Assembly (NCBI GenBank): GCA_946414435.1 | Contig: CAMKOM010000011.1 | Span: 19,408 to 83,407 of the forward strand | DNA from: an uncultured Bacteroidota bacterium | Lineage (GTDB): Bacteria; Bacteroidota; Bacteroidia; Bacteroidales; SZUA-534 | Length of the DNA stretch: 64,000 bases | Direction of reading: 5' to 3' | The notes under the pieces: model-generated | What the model was told of the DNA's origin: nothing | What the model saw: only the letters and a program-made list of their open reading frames with translations | The model's database searches: none | Translations under genes and position numbers: made by a program | Shown here: piece by piece, positions 11,679 through 21,861 of the stretch | Layout: every line of letters begins with the position of its first letter | Position numbering within the stretch: position 1 is the stretch's first letter

Positions 11679-12053
11679 ATGGCACGTCTTGCTGGTGTAG
11701 ATTTACCAAAAAACAAAAGAGGAGAAATAGGCCTGACATACATTTTCGGTATCGGACGCAGCAGTGCGAGAACTATTCTCGACAAAGCTGGTATTAGCTA
11801 TGATACCAAGGTGGATGACTGGACTGATGCAGAAATAGCATCGTTGCGCAAGATACTCGGCGAGTACAAACTCGAGGGTGAATTGCGTTCAGAAATACAA
11901 TTGAACATTAAGCGACTGATGGATGTTGGTTGCTACAGAGGTGTCCGTCACCGTTTGGGCTTGCCCGTACGTGGTCAGAATACCCGTAACAACGCCCGTA
12001 CTCGCAAGGGTAAGAAGAAAACTGTCGCTAACAAAAAGAAAGCCACAAAATAA
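11679..12053 (+). CDS. rpsM: 30S ribosomal protein S13
   Basis: [27 protein letters not shown]. Confidence 0.98.
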   Translation: MARLAGVDLPKNKRGEIGLTYIFGIGRSSARTILDKAGISYDTKVDDWTDAEIASLRKILGEYKLEGELRSEIQLNIKRLMDVGCYRGVRHRLGLPVRGQNTRNNARTRKGKKKTVANKKKATK

Positions 12054-12066
12054 TAGGTAATTAATT

Positions 12067-12456
12067 ATGGCACAGAAGTCAAAAACAACTAAAAAGAGAG
12101 TCGTAAAGGTTGAAACTTCAGGCGAAGTTCACATTCATTCTTCGTTTAACAATATCATAATTACGATAACAAACAGCGAAGGACAAGTAATTTCGTGGTC
12201 ATCGGCTGGTAAAAACGGATTTAGAGGTTCAAAAAAGAACACTCCGTATGCCGCACAGGTTGCCGCTGAAGATTGCGGAAAAGTGGCGTTCGATGCAGGA
12301 ATGCGCAAAGCCAAAGTATACGTCAAAGGACCGGGTACAGGCCGTGAGTCAGCCATAAGGTCGATTCATAATTTGGGAATAGAAGTTACTGAAATTGTTG
12401 ATGTGACTCCGCTTCCGCACAATGGTTGCCGTCCGCCTAAGAGACGTCGTGTTTAA
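12067..12456 (+). CDS. rpsK: 30S ribosomal protein S11
   Basis: [24 protein letters not shown]. Confidence 0.99.
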   Translation: MAQKSKTTKKRVVKVETSGEVHIHSSFNNIIITITNSEGQVISWSSAGKNGFRGSKKNTPYAAQVAAEDCGKVAFDAGMRKAKVYVKGPGTGRESAIRSIHNLGIEVTEIVDVTPLPHNGCRPPKRRRV

Positions 12457-12481
12457 TGTTTAATTGAATAAACAAAAAGAA

Positions 12482-13090
12482 ATGGCTAGATACATTGGAC
12501 CAAAATCAAAAATTGCAAGGAAATTTGGTGAACCCATTTATGGGTCTGATAAGTACTTGGACCGTAAGAATTTTCCTCCTGGACAACATGGTTTGAACAA
12601 GAAAAGGAAAAAATCGTCGGAGTATGGCACCCAGTTGCAAGAGAAACAAAAAGCAAAATACACTTATGGTGTTTTGGAACGTCAGTTCGCCAATTTGTTT
12701 GTAAAAGCTCAGCGCAGTAAGGGTATTACTGGCGAAGTGCTGTTGCAATTATTGGAGTCGAGATTAGACAACGTGGTTTATCGTTTGGGCATCGCTCCTA
12801 CAAGAGCTGCAGCCCGTCAGCTTGTGCTGCACAAGCACATTATTGTTGACGGCGAAGTGGTTAACATTCCGTCTTATCAAGTTAAGGCGGGCAGTATTGT
12901 TGGTGTAAGGGAAAAATCAAAATCTCTTGAGGTTATCGCCAACTCGCTTGCAGGAACAAACCACAGCAAATACTCATGGTTGGAGTGGGATAACGCTAAT
13001 GTCGCTGGAAAATTCCTGAATGTTCCGGAAAGAGCAGATATCCCAGAGCACATCGAGGAACAATTGATTGTTGAACTTTACTCTAAGTAA
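12482..13090 (+). CDS. rpsD: 30S ribosomal protein S4
   Basis: Start set at ATG 12482 (MARYIGP); [19 protein letters not shown]. Confidence 0.98.
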   Translation: MARYIGPKSKIARKFGEPIYGSDKYLDRKNFPPGQHGLNKKRKKSSEYGTQLQEKQKAKYTYGVLERQFANLFVKAQRSKGITGEVLLQLLESRLDNVVYRLGIAPTRAAARQLVLHKHIIVDGEVVNIPSYQVKAGSIVGVREKSKSLEVIANSLAGTNHSKYSWLEWDNANVAGKFLNVPERADIPEHIEEQLIVELYSK

Positions 13091-13100
13091 TAATTTTATC

Positions 13101-14093
13101 ATGGCAATTTTAGCTTTTCAAAAGCCCGACAGAGTTATAATGCTGGAACAGGACGCCAAGTTCGGCAAGTTCGAGTTCCGTCCGTTGGAGCCTGGTTATG
13201 GTCAGACAATCGGCAATGCCCTGCGTCGCATTTTGTTGTCATCACTTGAAGGTTTTGCTATCACTACAGTCAAAATCGCTGGTGTTGACCACGAATTTTC
13301 CACCATTCCAGGAGTAATGGAAGATGTGACCGAAATCGTTTTGAATCTCAAACAAGTAAGGTTCAAACAACAAATTGAGGATATCGACCATGAGAAAGTG
13401 TCAATATCAGTTTCGGATCAGGAGAAATTCACTGCAGGTGACATTTCACGTTTCCTTAGCGGATTTGAAGTGCTTAACCCGGATCTCGTAATTTGCAGAC
13501 TCGATCCTTCAGTTAAGCTCCAGATGGAACTCACAATTAACAAAGGGCGCGGTTATATTCCGTCAGACGAGAATATGCCTGTCGATGCGGAATTTGGCGT
13601 TATTGCCATTGATTCAATTCATACTCCAATTGTAAATGTGAAGTATGCTGTTGAAAATTACCGAGTTGAACAAAAAACCGACTACGAAAAGTTGGTGCTT
13701 GAAATTAAAACAGATGGTTCAATCCTTCCGAAGGATGCGTTGAATGAAGCAGCAAAAATCCTTATCTATCACTTCATGCTGTTCTCTGACGAGAAGATTA
13801 CTCTCGATGCCGGTGAGAAATATCAGACAGAAGAATTTGATGAGGAAATCCTGCATATGCGTCAATTATTGAAAACCAAACTCATCGACATGGATTTGTC
13901 AGTCAGAGCGCTTAACTGCTTGAAAGCTGCCGATGTTGAGACTTTGGGTGATCTTTGCACATATAACAAGAACGATTTGTTGAAGTTTAGAAACTTCGGA
14001 AAGAAATCGTTGACCGAGTTGGAGGATTTGCTTGATTCAATGAATCTTACTTTCGGAATGGACATCAGTAAGTATAAACTTGAGAAAGATTAA
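13101..14093 (+). CDS. rpoA: RNA polymerase alpha subunit
   Basis: Start set at ATG 13101; [37 protein letters not shown]. Confidence 0.99.
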   Translation: MAILAFQKPDRVIMLEQDAKFGKFEFRPLEPGYGQTIGNALRRILLSSLEGFAITTVKIAGVDHEFSTIPGVMEDVTEIVLNLKQVRFKQQIEDIDHEKVSISVSDQEKFTAGDISRFLSGFEVLNPDLVICRLDPSVKLQMELTINKGRGYIPSDENMPVDAEFGVIAIDSIHTPIVNVKYAVENYRVEQKTDYEKLVLEIKTDGSILPKDALNEAAKILIYHFMLFSDEKITLDAGEKYQTEEFDEEILHMRQLLKTKLIDMDLSVRALNCLKAADVETLGDLCTYNKNDLLKFRNFGKKSLTELEDLLDSMNLTFGMDISKYKLEKD

Positions 14094-14098
14094 TAACG

Positions 14099-14611
14099 AT
14101 GAGACACAATAAAGGTTTTAATCATTTAGGCAGACAAGAGGGGCACAGAGATGCCATGTTGTCGAATATGGCTAACTCGTTGATTCTGCACAAACGTATT
14201 TCAACAACTGTTGCAAAAGCAAAGGCTTTGAAAATGTACGTTGAACCCCTGATTACAAAATCAAAAGTTGACTCGACACACTCACGTCGCGTCGTATTCA
14301 GCTATCTTCAGAACAAAGAAGGTGTTACCGAGCTTTTCCGTGAGGTAGCAGCTAAGGTTGCGAACCGTCCGGGTGGATACACCAGAATTCTGAAAACAGG
14401 TACTCGTGTTGGCGATAGCGCAGAAATGTGCATCATTGAGTTGGTTGATTTCAATACCAATTACACTCAGGAATCGAATGCGGCAGCACAGAAAACTACC
14501 CGCCGCCGTCGCGCACCGAAGAAAAAAGCTGATGCTGCAGAGGTTGTTGCTGACGCAGTTGAGGTTAAAGAAGAAGCTGCAGCTCCTGCCGAAGAGACAA
14601 AAGCAGAGTAA
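14099..14611 (+). CDS. rplQ: 50S ribosomal protein L17 with Ala/Glu-rich tail
   Basis: [18 protein letters not shown]. Confidence 0.98.
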   Translation: MRHNKGFNHLGRQEGHRDAMLSNMANSLILHKRISTTVAKAKALKMYVEPLITKSKVDSTHSRRVVFSYLQNKEGVTELFREVAAKVANRPGGYTRILKTGTRVGDSAEMCIIELVDFNTNYTQESNAAAQKTTRRRRAPKKKADAAEVVADAVEVKEEAAAPAEETKAE

Positions 14612-14631
14612 GCCGCACTTACCTATAAAAC

Positions 14632-14659
14632 AAAAAGGGCCGCTTAAGCGGCCTTTTTT
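14632..14659. terminator. Bidirectional intrinsic terminator
   Basis: AAAAAGGGCCGC-TTAA-GCGGCCTTTTTT between convergent rplQ and exonuclease genes. Confidence 0.85.
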
Positions 14660-14686
14660 GTTTTGGTATATGACGATAATAAGCGA

Positions 14687-15439
14687 TTATTCGCCTTCGT
14701 GGTCGTCGGTAATGAAGGGCTCAATCACATCGACATTGGTTTCGGCAATGATTGGCAGCCCCTTGTATCGCAGCAGCAGCTGGCAGATGGTGACAACATC
14801 GTTGATGCAGTACTCGCTGATGCCCTCGATGTTGTGGTCATCCCAAAACGCGTGCCCTACCATACTGCCGTCCATATTCTCTTTCGGTGACGGCAGATAG
14901 AAGATGTTGGCAAGAAGGTCGAGCGAAGTGTAGTGCTTGTAGTCGCCAAAACGCCATAGTTCGAGCGTGTCGATATTGGTTATTTCCCACGGTTTCTTGC
15001 CCGCGCAATCGAGTATCTTTGGTATCGGCAGACCATTTACTAGCAGTCGGCGGCAGATGTATGGGAAATCGAATTCCTTGCCGTTGTGGGCGCAGAGCAT
15101 ATGCTTGTCTTTGTTGAAATGCTTGCTCAACAACGCAGAAAATGCCTTTAGAATCATCTTCTCGTTGCTACCGCAGAACGATTTTACACGGAAGTGTCGT
15201 TCGCCGTCCTCAGTGACAATGAACCCTGCAGAGATGCAGACTATTTTCCCGAATTCAGCCCAGATGCCGGCTTTTTCATAAAGTTCTTCGGGCGTTTTAC
15301 GCTCTTTCTCCATGCTCCACGCCATCTTCTTGGCCCACAACTCTTTGGCGCGTTCGTCAAGTTGGCTGTATGACGGCACTTGCGCAACGGTCTCAATGTC
15401 GATGAATAGGATGTTTTCCTCTTTTATTTTGTCTAACAT
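14687..15439 (-). CDS. PolB-type 3'-5' exonuclease family protein
   Basis: DEDD motifs: LFIDIET, AHNGKEFDFPY, YCINDV; start set at MLDKIKEE. Confidence 0.8.
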   Translation of the reverse strand: MLDKIKEENILFIDIETVAQVPSYSQLDERAKELWAKKMAWSMEKERKTPEELYEKAGIWAEFGKIVCISAGFIVTEDGERHFRVKSFCGSNEKMILKAFSALLSKHFNKDKHMLCAHNGKEFDFPYICRRLLVNGLPIPKILDCAGKKPWEITNIDTLELWRFGDYKHYTSLDLLANIFYLPSPKENMDGSMVGHAFWDDHNIEGISEYCINDVVTICQLLLRYKGLPIIAETNVDVIEPFITDDHEGE

Positions 15440-15532
15440 TCTTAAAACCAAATTACTCGGCAATATAACTCTTTTTTGTAATAGACGGTTAAGTTTTGTT
15501 TAGGAGACGCTGTGTGTGTGCATGCAAAACTT

Positions 15533-15560
15533 AAAAAAAAGCGCACCCGAAGGTGCGCCC
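15533..15560 (-). terminator. Intrinsic terminator of the ECF trio
   Basis: Minus strand GCGCACC-TTCG-GGTGCGC followed by a T8 tract. Confidence 0.8.
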
Positions 15561-15588
15561 CACATAATGGTTAGGTTAGTAAATGCGA

Positions 15589-16761
15589 CTATTCTTTAAT
15601 AACCCTCGGTTGATACTCAAATAACGATTGGTTTTTGCGAAGTTCGTTGACATTCAGGTTGGAACGTACCCCGCCTCTGGGATTTGTAAACTTCACGTAA
15701 AAATTTTCAAGGTCAGGCACAACGTAGGAGAAGGATGCGACAGAAGGAGGCATAGGCTCAAATTCCATTAGAAATGTAAGAAAATCGCCTGAATATCCGT
15801 CTACCCAAAATAATTCATCCATAGGCAGATTACCGCCACCAAACCGTTTGAGTTTGTATTGGTTTCCGCGATTGTCGACAAGCATTGTTCCAGATCTTAC
15901 AGAGTAGTATTCGCTCATTGAATTTTGTTCGTGGGCAATAGCAATATAGGTTGCCTCGGGCGTGTTCCATATGGCCATAGTGCCTTCGTTGACAGGTTTT
16001 ATAAGGTGCACGTCTTTGTAGCGTTGCCAAGTATCCCAGTTGTCACTATCATATTTTTTGCCTTTACTTATAAATGTTGGTGATTTGATTTGCGGAACGT
16101 CATCGTACTCTTTTTCGGCTTTATTTTCTCGTGTTAAAACATACTCGACTCCACCCCGCAACGACCATATAGGAACAGTATATATTGACACACGTTCGGT
16201 GGTTTCAGGAAGTTTCGGAAAATAAATTTTTAAATCGAGGACATCGCCCTTTTTAGCTTTTAAGCCAAAGTGCTTCCTCATACATTCGGGCTCAGTTCGT
16301 CTGATTCGATAATTTACACCCGTCTCCAAATCGACAATGGCTGTCTCCTGCATTGCCAGGAAAAGGTTGGTTACTTCGTCGGCTGGCATTGTGAAGTAGC
16401 AGTGCAACACGGTTTCGTCGTTTTCAATAGCCAACATCCAATTGATAACAACCAAGTTAGCGTTTTGGTTATTGATAGTTGCATCTCGCATACCAGGGAA
16501 CAAAGAGTCGTAATAATCGCTGCTGATGACAGGTGCTTTAACCCAGCAAGTGTCTTTAATCCAACTGTTTTCGGTGTATGGCCATCTAACGGATGTCATT
16601 GCGTATTCATTGTTTTCTTCATCGGTATAAGAAGTAGTAACTGGTGGAGGGCTGACCGTCATACAACATCTGCTTTTGTAGAGAATAGTTTGGTTTTCTG
16701 ATTGAGCCACAACGTTGGCGCAAAATAGTGCCATAAAGCTTAAAATTGTTATTTTCTTCAT
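15589..16761 (-). CDS. Secreted hypothetical protein with two similar beta-sandwich-like domains
   Basis: Signal peptide ending VVA|Q; internal similarity TAIVD..G.NY.I..YFPKLP / TMLVD..GNQY.L..EFEPMP. Confidence 0.7.
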   Translation of the reverse strand: MKKITILSFMALFCANVVAQSENQTILYKSRCCMTVSPPPVTTSYTDEENNEYAMTSVRWPYTENSWIKDTCWVKAPVISSDYYDSLFPGMRDATINNQNANLVVINWMLAIENDETVLHCYFTMPADEVTNLFLAMQETAIVDLETGVNYRIRRTEPECMRKHFGLKAKKGDVLDLKIYFPKLPETTERVSIYTVPIWSLRGGVEYVLTRENKAEKEYDDVPQIKSPTFISKGKKYDSDNWDTWQRYKDVHLIKPVNEGTMAIWNTPEATYIAIAHEQNSMSEYYSVRSGTMLVDNRGNQYKLKRFGGGNLPMDELFWVDGYSGDFLTFLMEFEPMPPSVASFSYVVPDLENFYVKFTNPRGGVRSNLNVNELRKNQSLFEYQPRVIKE

Positions 16762-16780
16762 TTTAGTACGGATTTAATGA

Positions 16781-17737
16781 TTAGTAATATGTATTGAAGC
16801 TTGCAAACGTCAAGTCATTGTAGAACTGTTGGAAACAATCTGATTTATATTCAATGTCAATTAGTGCGTGGACGCTGTAAATCATCACATTAGAGTTTCC
16901 TATCTGCTCGGCTATCCAAAGATAGTTCAGCCCGTTTTGCTCATCGTCGATGCTGAAGAATACCTGCTGCTCGGAGTTGTTGAAAATGTAGCCAGGTGTA
17001 GTGTTGGAGTATTTGCTGGCCATTAGCACAAAAAGTCCGAGTACATCGTAATCTTCTTTGACAGGGAACACATAGAAAGACTCATCAAACAGGGTGTCGC
17101 TGGCGATTGAACACTCTGATTTTATTTTGTTTACGCCTTGAAATTCAGCCATTTTAAAGATAAACTCATCCATTAGAGCTGGGTCAAGATAGGTATCATT
17201 GCCTTTGGGCTGCCTTTCGGCATAATTGCTGTTGGCTTCATCTTGTGAAACCGCATTGTCAATAGTTGCGCTATCGGCGACAACGGTTGTTGGCTCGTTT
17301 TCAGCATAGAGCGGCCTTTCCATTCTCAAATTCGGATTCGGTGCCGGTTGAGTCGCGGGTTTCGGCTTTGCGGCAGGTGTTGCCTTTGTCTTGGGTGCCT
17401 CAACTTTTGGTTTGGGAATCGCAACGGGGTCTGCCACCGAGTCGGTCTCGGCAATATCAGTTGGTTGTTTTTCAGGGTTTTTAGGAACAACAATTTCAGC
17501 AATCGGTGTCGATTCCACAACTGTCTTGTCGGCAAACAGAATCGCGCTTCCGATTCCGGCCACAAGTGCAATGCAAGCCGCAGCAGCCACCCAACGCCAC
17601 AATTTTATGGTCTTGGGTTCGGCCTCAATCTTGCCCATAACGCTGTCGAAGAAGTCGTCGGGCACCGTTGGCGCAGTCCGTTTTTCCTCGCGCCGGCGCA
17701 AGGCCTCGCGAATGTCGTTATCGTTAAACTTGTTCAT
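16781..17737 (-). CDS. Putative membrane-anchored anti-sigma factor
   Basis: Overlaps the sigma 3' end; VPDDFFDSV motif, then WRWVAAAACIALV TM, Pro/Lys linker and periplasmic domain. Confidence 0.7.
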   Translation of the reverse strand: MNKFNDNDIREALRRREEKRTAPTVPDDFFDSVMGKIEAEPKTIKLWRWVAAAACIALVAGIGSAILFADKTVVESTPIAEIVVPKNPEKQPTDIAETDSVADPVAIPKPKVEAPKTKATPAAKPKPATQPAPNPNLRMERPLYAENEPTTVVADSATIDNAVSQDEANSNYAERQPKGNDTYLDPALMDEFIFKMAEFQGVNKIKSECSIASDTLFDESFYVFPVKEDYDVLGLFVLMASKYSNTTPGYIFNNSEQQVFFSIDDEQNGLNYLWIAEQIGNSNVMIYSVHALIDIEYKSDCFQQFYNDLTFASFNTYY

Positions 17738-18311
17738 TTTCTTTATGTTTTATCATTATCAATAACTTTTTCCGTATCCGGTGCAGCCTGACTGCCAGCG
17801 CGTTGGCTTCGGCATCCATTACGTAGGCAATCTCTTGCAAGGGCTTGTCTTCGTAATAATAGAGTTGCACCAGCATCCGCTCGTCGGGCGGCAGATGGTC
17901 GAGTGCATTTTCCATCAGACTGATGCGCTCCTCGCGGCCTGTCGAGAGTTCTTCGTCGGCAATGTCGCTGTCGGCAATCTGCGCATCGTCAATGTCAATC
18001 CAACGTAACTTGCGGCGTTTCAGATGGTTAATTGATTCGTTGTAGGCAATGCGGCTGATCCAAGTCATGAACGACGCACGGCCTTCGAATGTTTCTATCT
18101 TGCCGAATGCCTTGACAAAAGTGTTTTGTGCCAACTCCTCGGCATCGGCTCGGTTGCTCACCATTCGCACCGTAAAATCAAGAACTTGTTGCGAGTATTG
18201 ATTCACAAAGTATGCGTACTCAGCCGCGGCCGCACGGTGGTTGCCGGCATCCAAATAACCGGTAATCCGGCTGATGCGCCTTTGTTCGTCGATGTTCGCC
18301 TTTTGAATCAT
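17724..18311 (-). CDS. ECF sigma-70 family RNA polymerase sigma factor
   Basis: DAEELAQNTFVKAF, F.TWISRIAYN, EIAYVM...VRLHRIRKKL; start set at MIQKAN. Confidence 0.92.
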   Translation of the reverse strand: MIQKANIDEQRRISRITGYLDAGNHRAAAAEYAYFVNQYSQQVLDFTVRMVSNRADAEELAQNTFVKAFGKIETFEGRASFMTWISRIAYNESINHLKRRKLRWIDIDDAQIADSDIADEELSTGREERISLMENALDHLPPDERMLVQLYYYEDKPLQEIAYVMDAEANALAVRLHRIRKKLLIMIKHKENEQV

Positions 18312-18459
18312 TCTGCCCTTTAGACAACGGCTTTCGTGAAATATTACACGGTGCCGCATTTTTTTTTGAAGTTTTTACAAAAAAAGTGTTTTGTTAAACA
18401 GCTCCAACGATTCGATCAGTGGTTGCTTGTTTTTTTATTGACCGATATTAAAAAAGAGA

Positions 18460-18467
18460 TACTTTTG
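18460..18467 (+). promoter_or_regulatory. -7 promoter element of ssrA
   Basis: TACTTTTG(CA) matches TAnnTTTG, 12 nt upstream of the tmRNA 5' end. Confidence 0.7.
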
Positions 18468-18479
18468 CACATTCATTTT

Positions 18480-18871
18480 GGGGTTGATTGGATTTGACAG
18501 CAAGATGAAAAGGTGGGTAAGCACGTCGGGCGCAGTGAAACCGGCCCGTAAATCCCGGACACAAAACTATAACTGGCGAAAATTCTTACGCTCTTGCCGC
18601 CTAATCGAAGTATAGTAGATTGGCCTAATCCCGGTTCAAGGAGCTGGGACAAGACGCATCGCGGAAGCCCTTGTCTTGAGGCTCGCCGATTCTGATGTGC
18701 AGCAATTCGGGACTGGCTCGCATTAGCCTCGTAATGCGGGTGAGATTTTGAGGATAAGGTGCTGGTAGGTGGCTTTGATCCGGCCAGCGCACGAAAACCA
18801 AGTCGGAGCTAAGCGTGTAGAAAGCTCATGGTTTCCTTGTTTGGACCCGGGTTCAAATCCCGGCAGCTCCA
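18480..18871 (+). ncRNA. ssrA: tmRNA
   Basis: 5' GGGGTTGATTGGATTTGACAG, 3' T-arm CCGGGTTCAAATCCCGG-CAGCTCCA; tag ORF 18575-18604 GENSYALAA*; CCA not encoded. Confidence 0.96.
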
Positions 18872-18873
18872 CG

Positions 18874-18900
18874 AAGCGCCTTTTTCGGGCGCTTTTTTTT
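18874..18900 (+). terminator. Intrinsic terminator after ssrA
   Basis: AAGCGCC-loop-GGCGCTTTTTTTT. Confidence 0.85.
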
Positions 18901-19098
18901 AGATCACGATTGGTAACAAAATGTATGGAACCTTTAATGTATGCCCGGTTTCGTTCGTGATTTCATGGAATGTATATCATCTTTTTTTTCTTAGAACATG
19001 TTTGTTATTAGTGTGTGGGATGGAATACCATTTTTGTAGAGTGTGGTGTCCAAATATTAGTTTTTTCATAAAAGTAAAATTATATACATAAAAGTTTG

Positions 19099-19133
19099 TG
19101 ATATTGTATATCCGAAAAAATGATATTGTATAT
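19099..19133 (+). promoter_or_regulatory. 13-bp direct repeat, putative transcription factor site upstream of the 7-gene cluster
   Basis: TGATATTGTATAT at 19099 and 19121 (22-bp period); -7-like TATCTTTA just downstream. Confidence 0.5.
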
Positions 19134-19205
19134 TAAAAATAATTATATCTTTATGTCTTTACCAATGTTTTTTGTCGGGTGGATTATTGAAATACTTTTT
19201 GTAAG

Positions 19206-20126
19206 ATGAAGAAATTGCTAGGCATGTCAATGGCTCTGCTATTATTCTGCTTGATGGCGAGCGCGGAAGATGTATCGAACAAGATGGATGAAATAATGTC
19301 GCTAATGCGCAACAATGAAGTTGTAAGGTATGAATACGATTATTTTACTGCTCCGGGGAATGCCGTATCAACAATTGTGTCAGCAGGGAGATATTATACT
19401 GACAGTTTGCCCAAAATCAGATGCCAGGCGTACAAATATGCGTCAGTGGCCGCATTGCAAAGTGGAAGCGATTCGGCCAAAATGATGGTTGTTGAAGATT
19501 TGTTGAGGTCATGTGATGATTCGTCGAGCATTGTGGTTCAGAATGCTTGGCAGGAATTGACAAAATTCGATAAGAAGTATTATACGGAAGAATCAAAACG
19601 TAGGCTTGAGCATATCATTGATGATGGTAAGTTTTTCTCAGAAAGGTTTTTCCTGATAGGAGGTTATGTGGGATCGGAAAATATGGTTTCGATATTGAAG
19701 AACAGACGAGCTCTATGTGAAAAGAATCTGCAATGGTATGTTGATGTGGCATTGTGCAGATTGAATGATAATTCATCGGTTCAGACGATACTCACTCGTC
19801 TTTCAAAGATCAGGCCATCGTTGGATTTTGTAGACTTGCTTCTGCCAGACTTGCTTTATACGCGGCAGCGCGAGATTTATGATTGGATAATAAAAGAAGC
19901 GATGACGGATGAATGTAAGTGTGTGAGTCGCAGCCCTGTTAGTGAGCGGCAAATACCATGCGCTTATTATATTATGTATGAGATTGCTGATTATATAGAT
20001 GGTTTTCCTATCGAGAGGGATGAAGATGGGGAAAAGGATGATGATTTTTCGAAATCGGACATTAAAAATATGCGCACATGGTTAGGTGCGAATTTGAATT
20101 ATAGAATAATTGATGCTGGTTACTAA
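19206..20126 (+). CDS. Secreted, mostly alpha-helical hypothetical protein (cluster gene 1)
   Basis: 306-aa ORF, signal peptide MKKLLGMSMALLLFCLMASA. Confidence 0.75.
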   Translation: MKKLLGMSMALLLFCLMASAEDVSNKMDEIMSLMRNNEVVRYEYDYFTAPGNAVSTIVSAGRYYTDSLPKIRCQAYKYASVAALQSGSDSAKMMVVEDLLRSCDDSSSIVVQNAWQELTKFDKKYYTEESKRRLEHIIDDGKFFSERFFLIGGYVGSENMVSILKNRRALCEKNLQWYVDVALCRLNDNSSVQTILTRLSKIRPSLDFVDLLLPDLLYTRQREIYDWIIKEAMTDECKCVSRSPVSERQIPCAYYIMYEIADYIDGFPIERDEDGEKDDDFSKSDIKNMRTWLGANLNYRIIDAGY

Positions 20127-20127
20127 A

Positions 20128-21861
20128 ATGCACCTTAAGAGTTTATTTGTCTTTTTGTCAATGATGTTACCATATATGTTGTATTCACAAGAATTATCTG
20201 GAATTACAGAGAATGAGCCGGTTACAATAAACGGCGGCATCAATGTGAATGGAGTGTTTTATCATAGCAAAGACACATTGGCAACGCGGGAACCATTCTC
20301 TTATGTTGTGTCTGGCAATATCAATTTGAATCTGTATAATGTGGTCAACTGCCCGATAACTTTTACGTATTCAAACTATAAAGCCAATTGGTCGCAACCA
20401 TTCAACTTCAATCAATTCGGGATGACACCATCATATAAATGGATAAAAACATATATCGGATATAACTCAATGTCGTTTTCCGACTATACATTAAGTGGGC
20501 ACCAGTTTTTGGGCTTTGGGATAGAAGTCTCTCCCGATATTCCTTGGAAATACGCTGCAATGTACGGACGATTGTTAAAACCTGTTGAGGAAGACACCAC
20601 AAATGAATACAACATTCCAGCATATGCAAGATATGGTTATGCTACAAGCGTTGAGTATTCGGGTTATGGCAACATTAAACTTGTTTTGTTTAAAGCGTGG
20701 GATGATGAAGGCTCTTTGTCAGAACAACCTGTTAAAACCCTGCTTTATCCTAAAAGCAATCTGGCGTTAAGTATAAGCGTGTCAGAGCCTATAGGAGAGC
20801 GCTTGATGTTTGACGGGGAATTTTCCACTTCGGCTTTGAATGCCGATACAAGAAACAAAGAAGAAAAAGATGGCGAGCATATTTTCAAGGTTACAAGATT
20901 TTTACAAAAAAACACAATATCAACAGTGTATTATTGCGCATACAAGGGGGCTTTGAAATATACGGGTAACGGGTACGGACTTGGAGTTTCATACGAAAGA
21001 GTAAATCCTGGATACGAGACATTGGGAGCGTACTATTTTACAAATGATTTCGAGAATATTACGTTCGATGCATCAACAACTTTGCTGAAAGAGACATTGA
21101 ACATAAACGGCCGAATAGGATTGCAACGCGATGATCTAGATGGAACAAATTCTTCGAACACAACTAAGATCGTCGGAAGCCTGAATATGCAGTATGTCAT
21201 GAGTCAAAAAACATGTTTATCGCTGAATTACTCGAATTTTACTGGCTATACATTTATTAAAAGTGAATTTGATGACATTAACGCAACCGATCCATACCAA
21301 AACGTTGATACGCTGAAGTTTACGCAGATTAATCAGTCTGTTTCAGCCAATATATCGCACCGGTTGGGAAATGTTGAGAACAAAGATCTACAACAAACAA
21401 TAAATGTCAACGCAACCTTTCAGAATCAGACTATGCAACAAAACAAATTGCATACACCGGGAACAAGATTTTACAACGGGAATGTTTCTTACAATGTGAA
21501 CGTGCAAAATTTGAAGCTGGGAATGTTCTGTTCTTTAAATGCCAACTACAGCGAGATCCCAGATATGGATGACGCCTTCACTATTGGCCCTACGATAGGA
21601 GGCAACAAAAATTGGTTTGATGATAAATTGAAGTTAACAGTTTCCATGTCATATAACGATGAACTGATAACCAAAAACAATTCGGAAGTATGGATATTCA
21701 GGGCAGGATGTTCTTATAAATTAAAGGAACATCATCAATTTGACATGTCGTTTTCAGAACAAAACAGACAAGCAAAAGATCAGGGAAGAGTCAACGACCT
21801 GACATTTACTATAGGATATAAGTATAACTTTAATGTTAAATACAGTGAGATTTTCAAGTAA
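20128..21861 (+). CDS. Putative outer-membrane beta-barrel protein (cluster gene 2)
   Basis: Signal peptide ending LYS|Q; alternating amphipathic strands; C-terminal LTFTIGYKYNF resembling a BAM beta-signal; start set at ATG 20128. Confidence 0.7.
   Translation: MHLKSLFVFLSMMLPYMLYSQELSGITENEPVTINGGINVNGVFYHSKDTLATREPFSYVVSGNINLNLYNVVNCPITFTYSNYKANWSQPFNFNQFGMTPSYKWIKTYIGYNSMSFSDYTLSGHQFLGFGIEVSPDIPWKYAAMYGRLLKPVEEDTTNEYNIPAYARYGYATSVEYSGYGNIKLVLFKAWDDEGSLSEQPVKTLLYPKSNLALSISVSEPIGERLMFDGEFSTSALNADTRNKEEKDGEHIFKVTRFLQKNTISTVYYCAYKGALKYTGNGYGLGVSYERVNPGYETLGAYYFTNDFENITFDASTTLLKETLNINGRIGLQRDDLDGTNSSNTTKIVGSLNMQYVMSQKTCLSLNYSNFTGYTFIKSEFDDINATDPYQNVDTLKFTQINQSVSANISHRLGNVENKDLQQTINVNATFQNQTMQQNKLHTPGTRFYNGNVSYNVNVQNLKLGMFCSLNANYSEIPDMDDAFTIGPTIGGNKNWFDDKLKLTVSMSYNDELITKNNSEVWIFRAGCSYKLKEHHQFDMSFSEQNRQAKDQGRVNDLTFTIGYKYNFNVKYSEIFK

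Noticed and set aside
18769-18960. 63-aa ORF
   Set aside because: Overlaps the tmRNA 3' half and its terminator
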